A stretch of DNA of 50,554 nucleotides from an uncultured Candidatus Peribacteria bacterium (lineage in GTDB: Bacteria > Patescibacteriota > Gracilibacteria > UBA1369), in NCBI GenBank assembly GCA_964582265.1, contig CAZOQT010000005.1:1-50554 (forward strand), given 5' to 3'. The position numbers and the translations under genes were made by a program. The notes beneath the pieces were generated by a model. The model was given only the letters and a program-made list of their open reading frames with translations. It searched no databases and was not told where the DNA came from. Shown here one piece after another: positions 36,119-42,665 of the stretch; positions within the stretch are counted from its first letter, which is position 1; every line of letters begins with the position of its first letter.

Positions 36119-36155
36119 GACGCCGCGGGGGCGACGCAATCGTCCCCGCGGCGGA
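36119..36155 (+). terminator. GC-rich stem-loop after the high-GC ORF
   Basis: CGCCGCGGGG(gc)GACG-caat-CGTCCCCGCGGCG: 13 bp with one bulge and no T-run, in the style of high-GC organisms. Confidence 0.6.
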
Positions 36156-36179
36156 CCGCCGCACTCTCAACTCTCAATT

Positions 36180-36450
36180 AAATGCTTTCGTTAAACCCCT
36201 GCTTGCAGGAGGTGACTACGAGAGGGCTAGGCATCGCGTCCCCCATACCGAAAGGTCGTGGGGGCGCTTTGCTATGCACCCCACCCACACAAGTTTTGCA
36301 CAACTTTCAAAAATGGCTGTCGGGGGTTTTTACAGCAGCGCTAAAAATGGCAAGCAAAAGCCACAAGCACACATGCCGCGCGCATGCGCACAAATACTCG
36401 AGAATACAAACCCATGTACACCACATGCACACATACCAGCTCAACTAAAA
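36180..36450. ncRNA. Structured, GC-elevated non-coding segment (candidate ncRNA; strand undetermined)
   Basis: GCG(t)CCCCCA-[ACC-GAAA-GGT]-TGGGGGCGC at 36237-36268, with a GNRA loop. AAGTT/AACTT hairpin at 36291-36306. GCTGT-cgggggttttt-ACAGC at 36316-36336. CA/CATG-rich near-palindrome at 36367-36391. Confidence 0.35.
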
Positions 36451-36457
36451 TATAACC

Positions 36458-36793
36458 TTACTCTTTATTAATCTTATCTTCCAAATCCCTCAACAACTCA
36501 TCCGCCCTACGAACATTTTCCGCTGAAAATGGCGCATTCAAAACACCCACAACCTGATCCAGCAATTTACCAATTATCTCGCCAGGTTCAATACCAACAA
36601 CACTTTCTACACCCTGCTTCTTTGCCAAAGAATCATAAACCCTAGCTAATCTCTTTCTTAAATCCTTATCAATCTGACCAAATTCATCAATTTCCCTAGC
36701 TTCATCCTTTACAAAAACACCTGATCCTTCCTCTGCACTTGCCATATCTTCCAAGACTTCATCATCACAAACAGCGCCATCGATTACTGACAT
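36458..36793 (-). CDS. Hypothetical acidic protein, 111 aa
   Basis: Host-like composition, upstream of and co-oriented with the island. No family recognised. Confidence 0.5.
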   Translation of the reverse strand: MSVIDGAVCDDEVLEDMASAEEGSGVFVKDEAREIDEFGQIDKDLRKRLARVYDSLAKKQGVESVVGIEPGEIIGKLLDQVVGVLNAPFSAENVRRADELLRDLEDKINKE

Positions 36794-36865
36794 ATCTGTA
36801 AAAATTTAAAATACAACGAACTTTTTATCATTCGCGCGCTTAGAACACAAGGGATTTAAAGCCCC

Positions 36866-38272
36866 TCACCCCACAAACTCGACCTCTTTGCCAGGCCATC
36901 TGCCAAATTTATCGCGCCACTCATAATTAAGTTCGCCGGCAACAAAAGTCATAACCGGAAAGCCCTTCAACACCCAATTATGGAATGGCGACCAGTCAAC
37001 CTTAGTCCACAAATAGCGATGGCAAATGCGCTCCTCCAAATCAAGATCCACCACCGTTAAATCGGCATCATAACCGACCTCAATCGCACCTTTATGCGCG
37101 ATTCCAAACAAGCGCGCCGGATTAGCCGCGCACAGTTCAACCACTTTTTGCAAAGTTATAACCCCGGCATTCACTTCTGTTAATAAAAGCGGCAACATGG
37201 TCTGAACGCCCGGAACACCACTTGGCGCCTGCTCGTACGGCAACTGCTTTTCTTCAAGAGTATGCGGTGCGTGATCAGTCGCAATCATATCCACCGTACC
37301 GTCCTTTACCGCTTCCCAAAGGGCCACCTGGTCATGCGCAGACCTAAGCGGCGGATTAACCTTTACCAAATTTCCGTATTTTTCATAATCCTGATCAGTC
37401 AAAAACAAATGATGCGGAGTAACCTCCACACTCACATTTTGCTGTAAAGCTTTAGGCCCGCCATTTTTAAATTTACGGATGGATTCCAATTCCAACGCGC
37501 TCGAAACATGGCAAATATGCACGCGCGCGTCATACTTTTTAGCCAAATGCAGGACTTCTTTAACCGCCTCGTGCGCGCACTCTGCCGCGCGAATTTTGGA
37601 ATGGGTCGCCGCTTCTGCCCGCGCCAAAGATCCACCGTGTTCCGCTTCATATTTTTTAGCGTGCTCATCAATGCAACTGTTTAATTCCGCATGAACCGCT
37701 AACAGATGGGCATTTTTGGACTCGCCCTCCGGACCTTGCGGCCCTGCGTTTTCCGCCATGAACTTTTCCAGATCCTCTTTTTGATCCAGCAGAAGCCCAC
37801 CCGTGGAACTCCCCATAAAAATTTTCACACCGGCAATGTTTTTTAAATCCTTAATTTCTTCTACGTTTTCCCTCATCGCGCCAACATAAAAACCATAATT
37901 AATAAGCGCCTGTTTACCAGCCAATTTGCGCTTTTCATTCAAAGCTTTTTCATCGATTGTGGGCGGATTAGTATTCGGCATTTCCAAAACCGTGGTCACT
38001 CCACCAGCCAGCGCCGCCTTTGAACCGGTCAGCCAATCTTCTTTTTCCGGATTTCCCGGAGTTCTAAAATGCACGTGCACATCAATCAAACCTGGAAGTA
38101 AATATTTGCCTTCCAGATTGATAATCTTTTGCGAATTACCCATCGCTCCACCCAAATTCAACTCCTTGCCCCGTTGCACCTCCACAATTTTACCATCACT
38201 AATTATCACCGATCCCCAAAAAATTTCATTCGGCGTAACAATTTGCGCGTTAGTAAGGGCAAAAATCTTCAT
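36866..38272 (-). CDS. pyrC: Dihydroorotase (cyclic amidohydrolase family)
   Basis: 468 aa, GLIDVHVHFRTPG metal motif, ATDHAPH motif, pyr context. Has an internal ~40-aa insertion. Confidence 0.85.
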   Translation of the reverse strand: MKIFALTNAQIVTPNEIFWGSVIISDGKIVEVQRGKELNLGGAMGNSQKIINLEGKYLLPGLIDVHVHFRTPGNPEKEDWLTGSKAALAGGVTTVLEMPNTNPPTIDEKALNEKRKLAGKQALINYGFYVGAMRENVEEIKDLKNIAGVKIFMGSSTGGLLLDQKEDLEKFMAENAGPQGPEGESKNAHLLAVHAELNSCIDEHAKKYEAEHGGSLARAEAATHSKIRAAECAHEAVKEVLHLAKKYDARVHICHVSSALELESIRKFKNGGPKALQQNVSVEVTPHHLFLTDQDYEKYGNLVKVNPPLRSAHDQVALWEAVKDGTVDMIATDHAPHTLEEKQLPYEQAPSGVPGVQTMLPLLLTEVNAGVITLQKVVELCAANPARLFGIAHKGAIEVGYDADLTVVDLDLEERICHRYLWTKVDWSPFHNWVLKGFPVMTFVAGELNYEWRDKFGRWPGKEVEFVG

Positions 38273-38319
38273 AAAAAATAATTAAATAATAATCCCGCTC
38301 AATGCAGATTCTGTATTTA

Positions 38320-38718
38320 TTATTTTTTAACCTGAGTTTGAGTTTTTTGTGTATTTGTCTGGGTTGTTTGAGTTGAAGCTTTTTGACTTGATTGTTGAGA
38401 TTCAAGCCATTGCTTCATCATTGGTGGGAAATTTGCGTCATCACTATAAAACAGGGTACGTTTGCCATCACGAAAACCACCATTCAACATGCCATCCCAA
38501 AAGCGAACTTCTGAACGAAAAGTAATCAAGCTTCCAATAAGTCCAGCAGCCAACAAAATAACCGTCCACCTTAAAAGCTGCTTTGCTTTTAAGTTTTTAA
38601 CCATCCAGATGATCAACAAGATTGCACCAATGATAAACATCGCCATAAAAAGCGCGTGCAATGCATAACCGGCAAAAAAATAAAAATTATCTCCGCCGTT
38701 TTGGAATTGATACATCAT
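38320..38718 (-). CDS. Hypothetical membrane protein with Q/T-rich tail
   Basis: 132 aa, two TM helices, C-terminal QTTQTNTQKTQTQ low complexity. Confidence 0.5.
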   Translation of the reverse strand: MMYQFQNGGDNFYFFAGYALHALFMAMFIIGAILLIIWMVKNLKAKQLLRWTVILLAAGLIGSLITFRSEVRFWDGMLNGGFRDGKRTLFYSDDANFPPMMKQWLESQQSSQKASTQTTQTNTQKTQTQVKK

Positions 38719-38796
38719 AGATGAAAAATTAGTTAAAAAATAACTGACGTCATTCTACTATGAAAGTAAAAAATCTGAAATATCAACAAAGACACA

Positions 38797-38824
38797 TTGC
38801 CAACACCCAATAAAAGCATAGAAT
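38797..38824 (+). promoter_or_regulatory. Sigma70-like promoter (TTGCCA-N16-TAGAAT)
   Basis: Hexamers at 38797-38802 and 38819-38824. Followed by a TTGTGC-tgcgt-GCACAA hairpin in the leader. Confidence 0.4.
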
Positions 38825-38870
38825 ATGTTGTGCTGCGTGCACAAACGCAAACAACTACCCTAACCCCCAT

Positions 38871-40022
38871 ATGCAAAACCCATTTATATCAGTCAGAAAC
38901 GGTTTCATAAAATTTGGGTATAAAACTTTTCTTAAACCAATTTTCTTTAAACGTGATCCAGAAGACGTACACGACTCCATGAATAAAGTTGGTAAAATTT
39001 TAGGCAGATTTGCCTTGGGCAGAGGCTTAACCAAAGCCATGTTTTATTATAAAAACCCAGCACTTGAACAAAATATTCTTGGCATTAAATTTCCAAATCC
39101 AATCGGACTGGCAGCGGGATTCGACAAAAACGCCGAACTTACCCAGATCTTGCCGGAAGTCGGTTTTGGCTTTGAAGAAGTTGGATCCATAACCGGTGAA
39201 TACTGTGCCGGAAACCCAAAACCTCGTCTTTGGCGTTTAAAAAAATCAAAAAGTTTAGTAGTTTACTATGGCCTTAAAAACGACGGCTGCGAAAAGATTT
39301 CCGCCCGCCTTGCAGAGCAAATCCAAAAACGGCCTTTTAAATTTCCGGTAGGAATCAGCATTGCCAAAACCAACAACGCTCAAACTTGCGAAACGCAGGC
39401 CGGAATAAAAGATTACGTTAAGGCTTTCAAGCACTTCACGCATATTGGCGACTACATCACAATCAACATCAGCTGCCCAAACGCCTTTGGCGGCGAACCT
39501 TTTACAGAACCACATAAACTGGAAGCGCTCTTAACCGAAACCGATAAAATTCCTTGCAACAAACCAATTTTCTTAAAAATTTCGCCGGATCTATCAAAGG
39601 AACAACTCGATCAAATTTTACAAATTGTCAGCAAACACAAAGTTGACGGCATCATCTGCGCCAACCTCACCAAAAAAAGAGAAAACCATAAAATTCACAA
39701 AGATGATTTTATGCCAGAAGTGGGAGGTATAAGCGGAAAAGTGCAGGAAGATCTTTCTAACGAACAGATCCGTTACATTTATAAAAAGAGCCACACGCTA
39801 CATCGCAAACTTGTGGTTATTGGCTGCGGCGGGGTTTTTACGGCCGAAGATGCCTATAAAAAAATAAAAGCCGGCGCGTCACTTATCCAGCTCATTACCG
39901 GTATGATTTACGAAGGGCCACAAGCCATCAGCAGCATCAATATGGGACTCGCTGAACTGCTTAAAAAAGACGGGTATAAAAATATCAGCGAAGCCGTAGG
40001 GACCTTTGAGGTTGGCCATTAA
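38871..40022 (+). CDS. pyrD: Dihydroorotate dehydrogenase, class 2 (quinone-type)
   Basis: 383 aa. N-terminal extension, then GLAAGFDKNAE, EVGSITG..CAGNPKPRLWRL, NISCPN and GCGGVFTAEDAY motifs typical of class 2. Confidence 0.88.
   Translation: MQNPFISVRNGFIKFGYKTFLKPIFFKRDPEDVHDSMNKVGKILGRFALGRGLTKAMFYYKNPALEQNILGIKFPNPIGLAAGFDKNAELTQILPEVGFGFEEVGSITGEYCAGNPKPRLWRLKKSKSLVVYYGLKNDGCEKISARLAEQIQKRPFKFPVGISIAKTNNAQTCETQAGIKDYVKAFKHFTHIGDYITINISCPNAFGGEPFTEPHKLEALLTETDKIPCNKPIFLKISPDLSKEQLDQILQIVSKHKVDGIICANLTKKRENHKIHKDDFMPEVGGISGKVQEDLSNEQIRYIYKKSHTLHRKLVVIGCGGVFTAEDAYKKIKAGASLIQLITGMIYEGPQAISSINMGLAELLKKDGYKNISEAVGTFEVGH
40001..40013 (+). repeat. 13-nt hairpin unit GACCTTTGAGGTT (end of class-2 pyrD)
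   Basis: Read directly. Same family as the units at 30356 and 41474. Confidence 0.7.
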
Positions 40023-40058
40023 ATTCTATTAAATTTAATTAAACTTTATCAACCACCC

Positions 40059-40071
40059 AACCTTTGAGGTT
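40059..40071 (+). repeat. 13-nt hairpin unit AACCTTTGAGGTT (4 nt before the CDF start codon)
   Basis: Read directly. Direct repeat of the unit at 40001. Confidence 0.7.
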
Positions 40072-40075
40072 AAAT

Positions 40076-41482
40076 ATGCAAACCACCGCCAAACAAAATG
40101 TAGCTTTAAGTTCTGTTTTCGCCAGTTTTGGACTAACTGTCATGAAATTGATTGTGGGCATTTTAAGCATGAGTATTGGAATAATTTCCGAAGCCGCCCA
40201 TTCCGCCCTTGATCTTGGCGCCGCGCTACTCACCTATTTTGCGGTTAAAGCCGGCGATAAACCCGCAGACGAGGACCACCATTACGGCCACGGCAAAATC
40301 GAAAGTGTTTCGGCTTTAATTGAAACCGGTTTACTTTTTATAACCAGTGGTTGGATTATTTATGAATCAATAGAACGCTTAATGTCCGACAGCATAGAAA
40401 TTGAAACCACCTGGTACACCTTTGCGGTAATAATCATTTCTATTGTTGTGGATTTTTCACGTTCTCGCGCACTTACCAAAGTCGCCAAAGAAACAAATAG
40501 TCAGGCCCTGGAAGCAGACGCACTTCATTTTAGTTCCGATATTTTAAGTTCGATTGTAGTTTTAATTGGTTTAGCCTTGGTGGCTTTTGGAATAAAATCT
40601 GCCGATGCCTATGCCGCAATTGGCGTCTCTATTTTTGTGGCATATGCCGGATACAACCTTGGCAAGCGCACTTTAGAAGTTTTGACCGATGCTGCACCAA
40701 AAGGCTTGCGTGAAAGCATTACGGAAATTGTTAAAACCACACAAGGAGTAATTACCGTAGAAAAAGTCCGCGTTCGACCAATTGGGATTGATACATTTAT
40801 AGACATGACCGTCTATGTAAGTCGCACATTACCGCTTATTAAAGCGCACGAGATTACCAATCTCATAATAGAAGAAATTCGCAAGGAAATTCCCGGATCA
40901 GACATCACAATTCATCTTAAACCACTTCCATTAGACTCAGAAACCATCATTGAACAGGTAAAAATAGTAGCATCGCGTCATGAGCTGCATATTTCCAACG
41001 TCATCATCCACACTCAAAATAAACAAAAAAACTTAAGCTATCAGCTGGAAGTAAATCCTCATATTAAATTGAAAGAAGCACACAAAATCGCTACAGATTT
41101 AGAACAAAGAATTCAGGAAGAAATAGATAAGAATTTAATAATCAGCACGCACATAGAACCGGTCCATGCCGATGTTGTTCAAACCCAGCACGTTTCTGGC
41201 GAAGAAAATAAAAAACTGCAGGATTTTATAATATCTTCAGCACAAAATATTAAACTAATTCGCAGTATTCATGACCTTAAAATCAGCAAATGCGGAAACA
41301 AATTTTTTATTTCCTGTCATGCTGTTTTTGAAGGAGATGTTTTGTTAGAAGATGTTCATCAGGCTGCGGATGTTCTTGAATTTACAATAAAATCAAAGTG
41401 GCCGCACATTGGCAAAATAGTGATCCACACTGAACCACAAGAAATGTCGAGCGGAAGAGCAAAACCCTGCCACGACCTTTGA
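40076..41482 (+). CDS. Cation diffusion facilitator transporter with three tandem cytoplasmic domains
   Basis: The ATG at 40076 is preferred over the TTG at 40064, which lies in the repeat. HSALDLGA and HHYGHGKIE motifs, 6 TM helices. Three successive alpha-beta modules end in ITIHLKP, ISTHIEP and IVIHTEP. Confidence 0.88.
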   Translation: MQTTAKQNVALSSVFASFGLTVMKLIVGILSMSIGIISEAAHSALDLGAALLTYFAVKAGDKPADEDHHYGHGKIESVSALIETGLLFITSGWIIYESIERLMSDSIEIETTWYTFAVIIISIVVDFSRSRALTKVAKETNSQALEADALHFSSDILSSIVVLIGLALVAFGIKSADAYAAIGVSIFVAYAGYNLGKRTLEVLTDAAPKGLRESITEIVKTTQGVITVEKVRVRPIGIDTFIDMTVYVSRTLPLIKAHEITNLIIEEIRKEIPGSDITIHLKPLPLDSETIIEQVKIVASRHELHISNVIIHTQNKQKNLSYQLEVNPHIKLKEAHKIATDLEQRIQEEIDKNLIISTHIEPVHADVVQTQHVSGEENKKLQDFIISSAQNIKLIRSIHDLKISKCGNKFFISCHAVFEGDVLLEDVHQAADVLEFTIKSKWPHIGKIVIHTEPQEMSSGRAKPCHDL

Positions 41483-41499
41483 GGTCGACCTCAAAGGTC
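41474..41499. repeat. Perfect 26-nt palindrome made of two inverted 13-nt units (GACCTTTGAGGTC GACCTCAAAGGTC)
   Basis: Self-complementary as read. Contains the TGA stops of both the CDF gene (41480-41482) and pyrB (41491-41493 on the minus strand). Confidence 0.9.
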
Positions 41500-42423
41500 G
41501 GCACCCAAAACCAAAGCCAGCAGCGCCATCCTTACCGCTACCCCGTTTTGAACCTGCTTAAAGTAAGCAGCGCCTGGAAGCCCGTCCACGTCCATCGCGA
41601 TTTCGCCAACTCTTGGCAGTGGATGCATAATCGTCATTTTTGGATTGTATTTTTCAATCAGTGCGCGCGTCAAAATGTAATAATGTTTAAAGCGCTCGTA
41701 TTCGGCCATATCCGCAAAACGCTCCCGCTGCACACGCGTGCTATACACAATTTGAGCCTGTTTTAAAGCCGGCTCAAGTTGCTCCATTTCTTCAAAAACC
41801 ACCCCGCGCCCACTCAAAACCGCTTTCACACTGTCCGGCATTTTTAGCGCATCCGGAGAAACAAAAATCAATTTAGCACCATAGTGAGAAAGCATTTGCG
41901 ATAGCGAATGCACAGTTCTACCGTATTTTAAATCGCCAACCATCGCTACAGTCAATCCATCGATCTGGCCATGCATTTTTTTGATTGTAAGCAGGTCCAG
42001 CAAAGCTTGAGTAGGATGTTCCCCCGCCCCATCACCCGCATTAATAACCGGCACCGAAGCGCTTTCAGCAAGTTCAGCAGCCGAGCCTGTCCCAGGATGG
42101 CGTACCACAATCACATCAGCATAATTTTCTACCACCTTGGCTGTATCGTACAAAGTTTCACCTTTAGAAAGCGATGAATGTTCCATGCCCACCGCAGAAA
42201 TCACTCGTCCACCAAGACGATTCATGGCAGTCTCAAAACTTAATCTTGTTCTGGTACTTGGTTCATAAAAAAGCGCCGCCATCAACTTTCCAGCCAGCAA
42301 ATTTGACGTTTTTTCTTTTAAAGCAACAGGCAAAAGTTTCTCTGCTGTTTCCAAGATGTGATCAATATCTTCACGACCAAAATCAGCGGCCGAAAGAACG
42401 TCGCTGCCTAAAAATTTTTTCAT
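41491..42423 (-). CDS. pyrB: Aspartate carbamoyltransferase catalytic subunit
   Basis: 310 aa, EPSTRTRLSFE, HPTQALLD and HPLPRV motifs. Confidence 0.95.
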   Translation of the reverse strand: MKKFLGSDVLSAADFGREDIDHILETAEKLLPVALKEKTSNLLAGKLMAALFYEPSTRTRLSFETAMNRLGGRVISAVGMEHSSLSKGETLYDTAKVVENYADVIVVRHPGTGSAAELAESASVPVINAGDGAGEHPTQALLDLLTIKKMHGQIDGLTVAMVGDLKYGRTVHSLSQMLSHYGAKLIFVSPDALKMPDSVKAVLSGRGVVFEEMEQLEPALKQAQIVYSTRVQRERFADMAEYERFKHYYILTRALIEKYNPKMTIMHPLPRVGEIAMDVDGLPGAAYFKQVQNGVAVRMALLALVLGADL

Positions 42424-42665
42424 AGGATGAATGTAAAATTCTGCAATTCTTATACCTTTTTTTGAGGATAAAAAAAAGATAATGTTAAAAAAAATGCTAA
42501 TAAACGCTAATCAGCTATAAAAATCACCAAAAAATGTAAGTAAAACGGCTTCGTTGCGTTATAATTGGTGCAAAAAAAGACCATTGATGTGAACGTACCA
42601 CAGCTATTGACAGTTAATTAAAAAAGTGGCAAGATCTAAACTTAACAATATATCACCAAATCACT

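Noticed and set aside
35590-36177. 195-aa minus-strand ORF, plus ORFs 35735..35977 (+) and 35748..36008 (-), overlapping the high-GC gene
   Set aside because: These are typical stop-poor shadow frames of high-GC DNA. Only the + frame starting at 35641 shows the strong G/C third-position bias, a Shine-Dalgarno and a following terminator.
36190-36196. Integron gene-cassette / attC interpretation (GTTAAAC matches the GTTRRRY core)
   Set aside because: There is no intI, no cassette array and no convincing inverse core (RYYYAAC) at the expected partner position. A single 7-mer match in A/T-rich DNA is not meaningful.
35281-36457. IS element, transposon or prophage fragment as an explanation for the island
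   Set aside because: No transposase, integrase or phage-like ORF is present. Only short imperfect inverted repeats were found, so at most it is a non-autonomous element.
36182-36471. ORFs 36182..36448 (88 aa, His-rich tail HKHTCRAHAHK...HVHHMH) and 36274..36471 (65 aa)
   Set aside because: There is no codon-position bias of either the host or the high-GC type. The His-rich tail derives from a CA/CATG-rich near-palindromic tract, and the region is dominated by stable helices. I treat it as non-coding, but a small metal-binding peptide cannot be strictly excluded.
4891-40075. ORF-track N-terminal extensions at 4891 (TTG), 22752 (GTG), 24695 (TTG), 32742 and 40064 (TTG)
   Set aside because: Each extension overlaps an upstream gene, a leader repeat or a 13-mer repeat. 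A downstream ATG gives an N-terminus matching the family norm, at 4939, 22785, 24704, 32634 and 40076.
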